This document shows positions 6,659 to 14,534 of a stretch of DNA of 43,393 nt, one piece after another. Each line of letters begins with the position of its first letter. Positions within the stretch are counted from its first letter, which is position 1. The stretch spans positions 1 to 43,393 of the IMG/VR virus record IMGVR_UViG_3300045988_070547; one strand, written 5' to 3'. This stretch comes from a virus. Under the pieces are notes generated by a model. That model worked only from the letters and a program-made list of their open reading frames with translations, had not been told where the DNA came from and did no database searches. The translations under genes and the position numbers were made by a program.

Positions 6659-8920
6659 CTACTTCACCTCCGACGCACTACGCGCTTTATCTCTTGCTTT
6701 CTCCAGTCTGTCCGTGTTCGTCGTCTTCTTTGCCGCTCTCTCGTCTGCTGTCCCATCCTCAGATACCCCTAGAACGCCGTTATTTGCGTTCTGAGCCACC
6801 ATAACTTGATTCGGGTCTACTAGTCCCATCTGCATAGCCGCTTCAGGCGAGAGCTGAATTATGAGCTGTTGCATTTGCTGGAATTGTTGCATGAACGTGT
6901 CGTTCTGTTGAATCTGCTGTTTAATCTTCTCCTTGCCTTCAAATTCCATCATGTCGAGACAAACAAGTGCAGGTGTTGCATTATCAGGTGAAAACAAACC
7001 AAGCTGATAAAGTTCTTTTGCCGTCTCATTCTGTGACGCTCTTGAAAATGGACTCTGTTTTTCGGCGGACACTTCCAAGTCAAAAATACTTTTCTTGTGA
7101 CGTGTTCCTTCGGGTGTTGTTATGTCCTGAGGTGCAATGTTCACGTTGGAATAGTCCATGTATTCATAACGGCCCGTTCCATCATCAATACGGAATGTTC
7201 TCGGTTCGGTGTAGAACTGCCGAATCAGTTCAATTTCGAGATAGTACTCTTCTCTTGAACCTCGGTACATCGCTTTGTTAATGTCTCTCGATAATTTGCT
7301 TCCCGCTTCCTGAAGCGCTGCTATTGCACTCGCCGCCGTTACACCGGAAGCGGTAGAACCCTGTGAGAAGTCTCTGTTTCCTGAAATCTCTTTCAGCTCG
7401 TCTATTTTTGCTTCCAAGTGAGTTTCAACGATTGCCGGGAGCGTGTCAACGTCCATCTGCTGTACTGCTGACCCAAGGTCACCGGAACCGACTTCTACAA
7501 TCTCTTCATTCCAATCCGCAAAGGCTTCCTTGTTGATGTCTGCGTTCTTCTTTACCCACCAACGCGGCTTTGCTTTCATCATGGTATTTTTCATGATTGC
7601 CTGGTCTAACTTGTCAATGTCCCTTTGCGGATATTTCATAATGTCAAGATATCCAAAGCCACAAGGACTATCTTTAACAGGGAAGCATTTTCGGAATACA
7701 TACGGATATTTACCGTGCTTATAGAATCCGTCCTGATATTGTGGGTAATCCTCCGAACAGAATACGCACTGGTCGCCTATGATAATAGCCATGTGCAGAA
7801 TCTCACGGGGTACAAGGTGTTGCGCTACCGTCTGAGGGTCAATGTTAATGAGAACGGGTCTCATTTCCAACTTCTTGTAGTAGCAATTGATAATTTCAAT
7901 GTCGTTCTGATGGTTAATATTATCATCGTGAATGTACTCGGTAATGAAGCCCTGTTTTCCTCCGCCTATCTTCTCCGCTATGTCGGGGTACTGTAGTTTC
8001 ACGTCATTCACATCAGCAACGGAAACATCAAAGAAATATTTAGACTGCTGAATGTCTTCAATTCCAGGTTGCCAAAATACGTTATGAATATCCACATTGG
8101 TTTTCTTAATGTCGCCCATTCCGTCATGTGCCATCGGGTCCCATAATACGGAGGTTATCGCCGTGCCATCTATCAGGAAGTCATAACCGGCGGTGTTATA
8201 CACCTGTTCCGCGTCCGTGTGTTCCTCGATTGCCGGGAGAATCTTTGAAAGAATCTGCGCCTCTTCCTCGTCGTCTGCTTCACGTGCCAATACATTAGCC
8301 TTCGGGAATGAGTCCATAAAATCGGCGTGTTTGTTCAGAATGGAGTTTACCGCCCACGCTGACCCAACCTCAACTTTTGCTTTTCCCGCTTCCGTCTTGC
8401 CCTGAATGACGTTCCAATGTCTGAGCCGCCACCATTCCTGATTTTCTGTTGCTTTCATGTCGACGGTTGTTTTCCCGTCTTTGTACTCGTGCAGAATCTG
8501 AAGCACCTCTGACACCTTATCAGGTGTGAAGTGCGGTTCAGTCGGTGCGCTCTGCTGTTGTTCAGTCTGTTCTTTGTTCTCTTTCGGTCTGTACCGTTCG
8601 GGGCGATACTCTCCGTTCTGCTGTTCCCTCTGCTCGTTCGGCTGTCTCTGTTCTCTCTGCTGTTCTCTCTGCTGTTCTCCGTTGGGCTGTTCCTTCGGCT
8701 GTCTTCTCGGTTCGGTCTGCTGTCTCTGCTCTCGTGGTTTCGGCTGACTTTCCCTCTGCTGTCCGTTCTGCTCCTTCTGCTGTCTGTTCGGTGTCTGCTC
8801 TGCTTTGGGTGCGTTCTGCTCCGCTTTTGCGTCCTTTTTTGCGTCCTTTGCGTCCTTTTGTCCGAACTGATTGTTTTTCTTGTCGGTCTCTGCTTTCCGC
8901 AGCTCTTTGTTTTTCTTCAT
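6659..8920 (-). CDS. Portal protein with ~135-aa low-complexity N-terminal extension
   Basis: 753-aa ORF directly after terL. Called from size and position. The N-terminus is rich in K/E/Q/R/P (EQQREQQREQRQPNEQREQQ...). Confidence 0.75.
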   Translation of the reverse strand: MKKNKELRKAETDKKNNQFGQKDAKDAKKDAKAEQNAPKAEQTPNRQQKEQNGQQRESQPKPREQRQQTEPRRQPKEQPNGEQQREQQREQRQPNEQREQQNGEYRPERYRPKENKEQTEQQQSAPTEPHFTPDKVSEVLQILHEYKDGKTTVDMKATENQEWWRLRHWNVIQGKTEAGKAKVEVGSAWAVNSILNKHADFMDSFPKANVLAREADDEEEAQILSKILPAIEEHTDAEQVYNTAGYDFLIDGTAITSVLWDPMAHDGMGDIKKTNVDIHNVFWQPGIEDIQQSKYFFDVSVADVNDVKLQYPDIAEKIGGGKQGFITEYIHDDNINHQNDIEIINCYYKKLEMRPVLINIDPQTVAQHLVPREILHMAIIIGDQCVFCSEDYPQYQDGFYKHGKYPYVFRKCFPVKDSPCGFGYLDIMKYPQRDIDKLDQAIMKNTMMKAKPRWWVKKNADINKEAFADWNEEIVEVGSGDLGSAVQQMDVDTLPAIVETHLEAKIDELKEISGNRDFSQGSTASGVTAASAIAALQEAGSKLSRDINKAMYRGSREEYYLEIELIRQFYTEPRTFRIDDGTGRYEYMDYSNVNIAPQDITTPEGTRHKKSIFDLEVSAEKQSPFSRASQNETAKELYQLGLFSPDNATPALVCLDMMEFEGKEKIKQQIQQNDTFMQQFQQMQQLIIQLSPEAAMQMGLVDPNQVMVAQNANNGVLGVSEDGTADERAAKKTTNTDRLEKARDKARSASEVK

Positions 8921-8923
8921 GCT

Positions 8924-10363
8924 CTATACCTCGTAAAACGTTAATATATCGTCTGTAGTCTGTCCCTCTACCTTGTCTCTGACCATGTTCAGAGGGTCGT
9001 CTATGTTATTCGGGTCAATAATTTTCTTGTGGTGCATTTCTCGCGGTGCTATCGGTCTAGCCATACACACATACCGCCACTCATCGTAGTTGTGGTCTTC
9101 TAGTGATGTGTCTATGTCCTCAACCCTTGTCTCATCATACATAAGCGCAGGAATACACCTGATGAAGTGCTTACACGTATTAAATACGTAAAACATCGGT
9201 CGCCCGTCATCGTCAAAGGCTAATCGGTAATGGCACTGCATTTTGCCGGGGATGCGTTGATGGTCGCCCCGGTCAAAGTAAACCCTGTGTTTTTCCATTG
9301 TCTCCGCGATACTTTCCCCGCCGTCCTCTGCGAATATAGCGGGATCCGCTATCCCGAACACATGCCGACCTTTCATATATGGGTGTTCCTCTTCCATGCG
9401 CCTAATCTCTTCGGCTACATGGTCAACCGTCCATTGAACGCCCTCATTAGGTTCACCTGTACAGCCGTACAGTTCAGCGAATCGGTACATTCTGCCCGAT
9501 GGTGCCACGGCATACCACCCAACCGAGAACGGTTTGGAATAACCCCAGTCAAAACCTCGGTAGATGTTCCACCCTATCGGAATCGGGAACGGTTCAATCA
9601 CGTGTGTATAACGCTTGTCGGCGTAGTGTTCTGGAGCGTCCGTGAATTCCGTGAACACCTGCCCCGCGAACACGTCCCAACGCCCATACCGCCAAGCCTC
9701 CCGCAACGCCTTGGGCAACGCTTCCAGCTGTGCTAGGTAATCTGGTTGCGATTCCATTAATGCCGTGTTGTCGTCCACTAGAGCTTGGATGAACGCATAT
9801 TCGTCGGGGTTCTCGTTGGGTTTGTATTGCTTGTCAATAAATAGACGCTTAATATACTGGTGTCCTTGCCCTCCAGGGTTGCACGTGTAATATACACGCT
9901 TAGGGAAGTCGTTGACGCCTCGGAGGGTCGCTGTTATTGTCCGCATCTGATATTCCGACAGCTGAGTAGCCTCGTCAAGAAAGATAACGTCATACTCCAA
10001 CCCCTGGAGTTTGTCCAAGTCCGCATCCCTGGCGCAATACATGAATTCTATTGTTGACCCGTTGGAGAAGGTCAATAGTTTATCGGTTGAGTTATACGCC
10101 GCAAAGTCCCGTGTCATCTGGCGTAGTGTCCTAATATGGTTACCTTCCAACTCCTTGTACGTTCGGCGGACTATCAACATATGAATTCCCGGGAAGCGTT
10201 GCCCAAGCAGGATAGCCTTAACTCTCACCGCCCAGGACTTACCACCACCACGGGCGCCGCCATAGCCGATATACTTCCGGTGGCAACGGAGGAACGCGTC
10301 TTGCTTCGGCGATGGTGCCCCAAGCTGTACTGTGCGCCGTCTATTCGCTGTATTCATCCGCAT
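8924..10363 (-). CDS. terL: Terminase large subunit
   Basis: 479 aa. Walker A GGARGGGKSW, Walker B-like VIFLDEATQL, nuclease-like C-terminal half. Position between terS-like and portal ORFs. Confidence 0.9.
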   Translation of the reverse strand: MRMNTANRRRTVQLGAPSPKQDAFLRCHRKYIGYGGARGGGKSWAVRVKAILLGQRFPGIHMLIVRRTYKELEGNHIRTLRQMTRDFAAYNSTDKLLTFSNGSTIEFMYCARDADLDKLQGLEYDVIFLDEATQLSEYQMRTITATLRGVNDFPKRVYYTCNPGGQGHQYIKRLFIDKQYKPNENPDEYAFIQALVDDNTALMESQPDYLAQLEALPKALREAWRYGRWDVFAGQVFTEFTDAPEHYADKRYTHVIEPFPIPIGWNIYRGFDWGYSKPFSVGWYAVAPSGRMYRFAELYGCTGEPNEGVQWTVDHVAEEIRRMEEEHPYMKGRHVFGIADPAIFAEDGGESIAETMEKHRVYFDRGDHQRIPGKMQCHYRLAFDDDGRPMFYVFNTCKHFIRCIPALMYDETRVEDIDTSLEDHNYDEWRYVCMARPIAPREMHHKKIIDPNNIDDPLNMVRDKVEGQTTDDILTFYEV

Positions 10364-11018
10364 ACCCCCCTACAACTATCCGCACGCCCTGCACGCCTTC
10401 CGCGTCTCGTTCTTCTCGCTTGCGCGTCAGTTCCAGCCGCTCCCGTTCCAGTTCCAACCGCTCTCGCTCCAGCGCCAGTCGTTCCGATTCGATTTGCTTC
10501 CGGTGGCGCTCCTGTGCGGTCTCCAGCCCGTGCAATGACCGCTTGAGCGCCTCCAGCGTCTTCACACTGTCGGTCAGGTCACGCAGGGCGCGCGTGTCTA
10601 CCTTGTCGCTGGTAATGTCCTTGTAGGCGGTTTCCGTCGTGCCGTCTTTGTGCCTGCTGGTCGTCTGTACTAGGTATCTGTGTAACTGTTCCCCGTCTTC
10701 TAACGCCTTCCGCGTCTCACGTTCTAACGCGTCCACCACGTAGGATAGCCCGGTTAGTTGGGACGCTACACGGTAGGCGGAACACGTCGCCGCCGTATCT
10801 ATTGCCTTATCGTTAACGGCGCCGCGGTAGGCTGTGCGCTGTTGCTCCCAGTGTTCCCGCGCGGCGTGGTTCCGCAATGTGCACACGTTAACGCCGTGCC
10901 GCCGGGCGCTTTCCGGTTGCGTGTCGTTGCTGGTTATGTAGTCCCGCCGGATGGCGTCCCAATCCGGACGGCTGTTTTTTTTCTTTTCCGGTTTTTCCGG
11001 ATTTTTCTTTTTTTCCAT
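10341..11018 (-). CDS. terS: Terminase small subunit (HTH N-terminus, coiled-coil C-terminus)
   Basis: 225 aa. 23-nt overlap with terL. ERLALERERLELERERLELTRK coiled coil. GGGGGAAAA SD. Confidence 0.6.
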   Translation of the reverse strand: MEKKKNPEKPEKKKNSRPDWDAIRRDYITSNDTQPESARRHGVNVCTLRNHAAREHWEQQRTAYRGAVNDKAIDTAATCSAYRVASQLTGLSYVVDALERETRKALEDGEQLHRYLVQTTSRHKDGTTETAYKDITSDKVDTRALRDLTDSVKTLEALKRSLHGLETAQERHRKQIESERLALERERLELERERLELTRKREERDAEGVQGVRIVVGGYADEYSE

Positions 11019-11211
11019 TTTTCCCCCTTTCCGGTTGTCGTTGTTACGATTCTACACACGCGCGCGGGGTGAGTTCGCCCGCCAACGTTACCGGCGCGCC
11101 GCTACATTGTTAGTGTTTTCCCGCTCAATTCATTCAAAATCGTATACAATTCAAATTCAGAAAGAGAACATCAGTTTTTTTAAAAAGGTAATAAAAATTA
11201 TGAAAAAAGTG

Positions 11212-11240
11212 TTGACACGGTAATACTTTCGTGGTATTAT
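11212..11240 (+). promoter_or_regulatory. Near-consensus sigma70-type promoter of the ArdA operon
   Basis: TTGACA (11212-11217), 17-nt spacer, TATTAT (11235-11240), about 70 nt upstream of the ArdA-like ATG. Confidence 0.65.
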
Positions 11241-11312
11241 ATAGGTGTCAAAGGGAAGAGACCCAAAGACAAAACACAACAAATTTTTTTAAAGAAAAGT
11301 GAGGTAAACACA

Positions 11313-11819
11313 ATGAGAACTAACACAACAACCAAGAGAACCGCAACCATCAGAAGCCTGTACACGGGGAAAGATTTCGAAATCTCGTTCCCGGCGACAA
11401 TGGAAGAAATGAACTACCTGAACGACTGTGCGACCTGTTGCGGCGGTCACGATGCGGTTGTCGTAGCCCTGGACGGATTCTATAACTTCATCGATTCCGA
11501 ATTCACTGGAATTTATTCCTTGAACGATATTGCGGAACGCCTGGAGGCGCTGGAATACAATGACGCGGAGAAGCTGGAAGCCATGTCTGAGGAAATGGAC
11601 AACCTGGACGAGGTGGAACGGTGCTGGGATGACTCCTACTTTGTTCCGGATACCACCCTGGAGGACTACGCGTGTGAGCTGTGCCATGATTGTGGATACA
11701 TTCCGAGCGATTTCCCGGATTGGATCGCGTACCACATTGACTGGGACGGCGTAGCGCGTGACTTAAGTTATGACGGCTACAGCGAAGTAAACGGAGGCGT
11801 GCTATACGTAGCACAGTAG
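11313..11819 (+). CDS. ardA: ArdA-like antirestriction protein (DNA mimic family)
   Basis: 168 aa, acidic. C-terminus ...YHIDWDGVARDLSYDGYSEVNGGVLYV parallels the ArdA signature (Y)ID(Y/W)..(G/A)RDL...G.....G(I/V)(F/L). The central SLNDIAERLEALE matches the ArdA middle domain. Confidence 0.65.
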   Translation: MRTNTTTKRTATIRSLYTGKDFEISFPATMEEMNYLNDCATCCGGHDAVVVALDGFYNFIDSEFTGIYSLNDIAERLEALEYNDAEKLEAMSEEMDNLDEVERCWDDSYFVPDTTLEDYACELCHDCGYIPSDFPDWIAYHIDWDGVARDLSYDGYSEVNGGVLYVAQ

Positions 11820-11953
11820 GGGCGTTCGCCCCGCCGTAATGCAGCCGAAAGCCCGTTGCAAGCCGGGAAAGATGCAGAGCACGGAAATTGAAGCAAATCT
11901 GAACAGATGAAAGGAGAACCAAAACGGAGCCTATTTTTGAGAACGGAAAGAAG

Positions 11954-12469
11954 ATGGAGGGTATTCCGTACCCTGTGGAATTCTGGGACGCCGAGCGTTC
12001 CCGGTGGGATGATTCTATCGATGGATTTCAGCCGATTTGGGCGGAGAATGAAGATGACGCTATAGCGGGCGCGATGGAGTACTTCAAAGAGTGTATCGCA
12101 GATGATTGCACACTTGACGAGGACCAGCAGGCGGAGAGAATCGCGTTCTATAGCGACCCGAACAAGTTCAACGTGCAAGGCGACGTTCGGGACCTCGACC
12201 TATACGTGTTCGAGCAGATGACCTATAACAGTAACTTGTGGGAGATTCAGTTATTTACCGACCGCCGGGAGGCGGTTGAGGCGGCAAAAAAGGATTGGGC
12301 GCGCATGTGTGACAGAGACAGACGGGAGTACGGGCGCGGAGTCTTCCGTGTGTACTCCGTTACTATCCCTTACTCGGATATCTGCTATGACTGTGACGAG
12401 CCTTACACGGAAGACCCTTACACTGAGTACGAGGACTACGAGGTGTGGAACGCGCTCAACGAGGACTAG
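11954..12469 (+). CDS. Highly acidic hypothetical protein (171 aa), anti-defence candidate
   Basis: The ATG is the only start in the open frame. D/E-rich, with C-terminus DCDEPYTEDPYTEYEDYEVWNALNED. Same operon as the ArdA-like gene. Confidence 0.55.
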   Translation: MEGIPYPVEFWDAERSRWDDSIDGFQPIWAENEDDAIAGAMEYFKECIADDCTLDEDQQAERIAFYSDPNKFNVQGDVRDLDLYVFEQMTYNSNLWEIQLFTDRREAVEAAKKDWARMCDRDRREYGRGVFRVYSVTIPYSDICYDCDEPYTEDPYTEYEDYEVWNALNED

Positions 12470-12485
12470 ATGAAGGGAGAACCAA

Positions 12486-12656
12486 ATGGGAAAGACTGAG
12501 AAGAAAACGGAGCTGATCACGATGAAGGTAACACCTACTTTCAAGGCTATGGCGAAAGCCGTAGCCGAGGAGGAAGGGCGGAGCCTATCAAACTACATCG
12601 AGTGGTTAATCAAGAACGACATGAAACAAAAGGAACAGGAAACTAAGGAGGCATAA
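12486..12656 (+). CDS. Ribbon-helix-helix (CopG/Arc-like) DNA-binding protein, 56 aa (below the ORF-track cutoff)
   Basis: My translation: MGKTEKKTELITMKVTPTFKAMAKAVAEEEGRSLSNYIEWLIKNDMKQKEQETKEA. Beta strand (ITMKVTP) followed by ...EGRSLSNYIEWLI is the classic RHH pattern. GGGAGAA SD 7 nt upstream. Confidence 0.6.
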   Translation: MGKTEKKTELITMKVTPTFKAMAKAVAEEEGRSLSNYIEWLIKNDMKQKEQETKEA

Positions 12657-12657
12657 A

Positions 12658-12942
12658 ATGACTTACAGAGCATTATTCAAATTTGACAAGATTAGCGAAA
12701 ACGCAAAAACCGAATATGAGCAGAACGTTGAAACGTTCCTGAAGTACGTGAACGCGATCGGCTGGGACTACACCATGGAGGACCTGGAGAACGCCATCAA
12801 GCACGACTACCTCACCGACCACGAGACGGACGACGGGAAAGTATTCTTTCACTACCTGGACGATACTTTTGAATTTGTAGTTCGCCCGGGCGAAATCCTG
12901 GACGGCGACGACATGAAGGAGTACACGAAATATATTTATTAG
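12658..12942 (+). CDS. Acidic hypothetical protein (94 aa), anti-defence candidate
   Basis: AAGGAGG SD. Start lies 1 nt after the RHH stop. D/E-rich. Last gene before the terminator. Confidence 0.55.
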   Translation: MTYRALFKFDKISENAKTEYEQNVETFLKYVNAIGWDYTMEDLENAIKHDYLTDHETDDGKVFFHYLDDTFEFVVRPGEILDGDDMKEYTKYIY

Positions 12943-12950
12943 AAGGATCG

Positions 12951-12979
12951 CCCTCCCCTTGCGGGAGGGTTTATCTTTG
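12951..12979 (+). terminator. Rho-independent terminator of the ArdA operon
   Basis: CCCTCCC-cttgc-GGGAGGG followed by TTTATCTTT, 9 nt after the stop codon. Confidence 0.7.
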
Positions 12980-12980
12980 C

Positions 12981-13014
12981 ACAAAAATAGGGGATGCCGT
13001 CACCAGCATCCCCC
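12981..13014 (-). terminator. Rho-independent terminator facing the minus-strand early operon
   Basis: Minus strand GGGGATGC-tggtgacg-GCATCCCC followed by TATTTTTGTG. Confidence 0.65.
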
Positions 13015-13050
13015 AAAACACAACAAATTATCAAACAAAAGTTTGGTAAC
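12981..13050 (-). ncRNA. Candidate ~70-nt small transcript (promoter 13057-13085 to terminator 12981-13014)
   Basis: Bounded by an extended -10 promoter-like element and an intrinsic terminator. No SD-preceded ORF. Confidence 0.25.
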
Positions 13051-13056
13051 ATCGGA

Positions 13057-13085
13057 ATTATATCACACTTCTCGAGACATTGGAA
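13057..13085 (-). promoter_or_regulatory. Extended -10 promoter-like element (TTCCAA-N14-TGA-TATAAT)
   Basis: Minus strand reads ttccaatgtctcgagaagtgTGaTATAAT. Its -35 lies in the spacer of the divergent plus-strand promoter. Confidence 0.35.
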
Positions 13086-13102
13086 GCCGAATATGGTATA
13101 AT
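13074..13102 (+). promoter_or_regulatory. Extended -10 promoter-like element (GAGACA-N14-TGG-TATAAT)
   Basis: Plus strand reads gagacattggaagccgaataTGgTATAAT. No plus-strand gene lies downstream. Confidence 0.4.
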
Positions 13103-13108
13103 ATAAGT

Positions 13109-13208
13109 GGTTCTAATAAGTCATTTTTTAGCCTCCTTTCTCAAATAACATTATGGATTTTGCGGACTTCCCAGGGCGATAAAAAAGCCTTGGGATTTTC
13201 GTTTTTTT
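13109..13208 (+). ncRNA. Candidate ~100-nt small transcript ending at a hairpin plus T-run
   Basis: Starts about 7 nt after the TATAAT. Terminator CCCAGGGC-gataaaaaa-GCCTTGGG (13170-13194) followed by ATTTTCGTTTTTTT. Only a 9-codon ORF without an SD. Confidence 0.3.
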
Positions 13209-13241
13209 GCCAATTTTGCACTAGCTGAAGGGAAAACCTTT

Positions 13242-13616
13242 TTATTTTTCAATGTCTTGAAATTTTTCGAGCTTGTTCAACCTTCCATTCAACTTCTTAA
13301 GTTCGCCCTTCATCGCTTTCACTTGATGGGTTAAATATATCTCCTGCTGGTGTTCCATGTCACTGTTAATCTGTTCCCACACATGGGAAATTGTGATAGC
13401 GTATGGGCAACGCTCCCATGCACTATCACAATACTTGACCATATGGTTTTCCTTTTCTTCCAGTCGTAAAAACCGTCTGGAAGTGTCTTCACAGTAAATC
13501 ACTTTATCCTTCTCGTGCTTGTAGTACGGGCATAAAGTGTAGTGACCATTATTCGGCAAGATTTCCCCTTTCCGCTTCACGCGTGATTTTGTAGTTGATC
13601 CAGTCGTCGAGTTCAT
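13242..13616 (-). CDS. Cys-rich (CPYY...YCE...C...CPY) coiled-coil protein, last gene of the early operon; possible late-gene regulator
   Basis: 124-aa ORF. The ATG at 13616 overlaps the MazG-like gene by 68 nt. A TTG at 13556 with GGAAAGGGG upstream is an alternative start. Four Cys plus a C-terminal heptad region. Confidence 0.5.
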   Translation of the reverse strand: MNSTTGSTTKSRVKRKGEILPNNGHYTLCPYYKHEKDKVIYCEDTSRRFLRLEEKENHMVKYCDSAWERCPYAITISHVWEQINSDMEHQQEIYLTHQVKAMKGELKKLNGRLNKLEKFQDIEK

Positions 13617-13839
13617 TCCTGCTCAGGAATTGCTTCCGGATTTGTTCAAGCATGATATAAACGTCGGCTATTTCTTCCTGTACCGCCTCAATCCTTCCCT
13701 CACCTGGTCCCTTGTTGTAGCACTTTAGAAGCGCTGCTTCGAGTTCTGAGAGTTCTTCACAAGTCTTGACTACCTGATTTCTGAATCCGTGCTTCCTCAA
13801 GATTGAATTCAGCAGCTGTTTTTGTTTCTTCGTGAACAT
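13549..13839 (-). CDS. MazG-like nucleotide pyrophosphohydrolase (small phage type)
   Basis: 96 aa. CEELSELEAAL...EEIADVYIMLEQI matches the EExxE...E..aDv metal-binding helices of MazG-type NTP-PPases. GGGGAA SD. Confidence 0.6.
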   Translation of the reverse strand: MFTKKQKQLLNSILRKHGFRNQVVKTCEELSELEAALLKCYNKGPGEGRIEAVQEEIADVYIMLEQIRKQFLSRNELDDWINYKITREAERGNLAE

Positions 13840-13957
13840 TAATTCCCCTTTCGATTCGGTTCATCAGATACAGAAAGAACAACCACTTTGCGCCTTTTCC
13901 CTTATTCTTCACACATTCCTTTTTTAGAATTTTCCACATTTTTTCGAACTTATTCAT
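13757..13957 (-). CDS. Hypothetical 66-aa ORF overlapping the MazG-like start (uncertain)
   Basis: ATGAATAA coupling with the upstream stop. However, 83 nt overlap with the next gene, so it could be shorter or spurious. Confidence 0.3.
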   Translation of the reverse strand: MNKFEKMWKILKKECVKNKGKGAKWLFFLYLMNRIERGINVHEETKTAAEFNLEEARIQKSGSQDL

Positions 13958-14534
13958 TTACCTTCGATTCATTCTCTTTCACGAAATCTGTATATCTCTC
14001 AAACTTTGCGGCTGTGAGCCACTTAATAACACCATTTTTTATAATTTTGGCGCTCCTCTGATATTCATCAGAACACTCACTCCATGCATCGAGAATCATA
14101 TCGAAATACGCATCCATCACTATTTCAGTGTGGTTCATTCCTTCCAGGAATATTTTCTGTTCGTCTGTTATTGGAGCTTCGGGATCCTCTTCATCTTCTG
14201 CATAGATAATATCGAGCCCGTATTCTTCGGCGACATCGTGCTCAATTCTGCATCCCCTAGCATCTTCCCAGCCGTCGCAGAAATAGGCAACACTACACAA
14301 GCTCATATTCTCAAGCGATTTTGCTAGGTAGCAAAGTGGGATATTCACAACACCTCTGTCCTTCATAGCTGATTCGCTATACCAATCATCTGTGAACAGT
14401 GTATTTACAACTTTGTAGCCCAATCTTTCGAGGTGCCTTCTTGCTTTTTCGTGGGTTTCTCCAACCTCTTCTTTGGTCAAACCTCTCATAGGCTGTGAGA
14501 TCATTGCAACTTTTCTAATTGTTACCCCATTCAT
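13950..14534 (-). CDS. DUF4406-like (nucleoside 2-deoxyribosyltransferase-like fold) protein with extra C-terminal domain
   Basis: 194 aa. ISQPMRGLT...GYKVVN...CSVAYFCDGWEDARGCRIEHDVAEEYGLDIIY follows the ISGPMtG...vvNP...cDaiy.l.gWe.S.Ga..E pattern. GGAGGGA SD. Confidence 0.5.
   Translation of the reverse strand: MNGVTIRKVAMISQPMRGLTKEEVGETHEKARRHLERLGYKVVNTLFTDDWYSESAMKDRGVVNIPLCYLAKSLENMSLCSVAYFCDGWEDARGCRIEHDVAEEYGLDIIYAEDEEDPEAPITDEQKIFLEGMNHTEIVMDAYFDMILDAWSECSDEYQRSAKIIKNGVIKWLTAAKFERYTDFVKENESKVNE

Noticed and set aside
8526-8958. Three overlapping plus-strand ORFs (73-137 codons) antisense to the portal 5' end.
   Set aside because: They arise from the CT-rich microsatellite-like DNA that encodes the portal's low-complexity N-terminus. 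The products are poly-Leu/Ser/Cys/Phe strings. No SDs.
12981-13050. Type I toxin-antitoxin reading of the small-RNA pair. The minus transcript can be translated as MLPNFCLIICCVLGDAGDG....
   Set aside because: There is no SD, the hydrophobic stretch is too short for a membrane toxin, the frame runs through two terminator hairpins, and the two candidate RNAs do not overlap as antisense partners.
12959-13228. An 89-codon plus-strand ORF spanning the gap between the convergent operons.
   Set aside because: It starts inside a terminator hairpin, has no SD, and runs across two promoter-like elements and two terminators. The region is better explained as non-coding.
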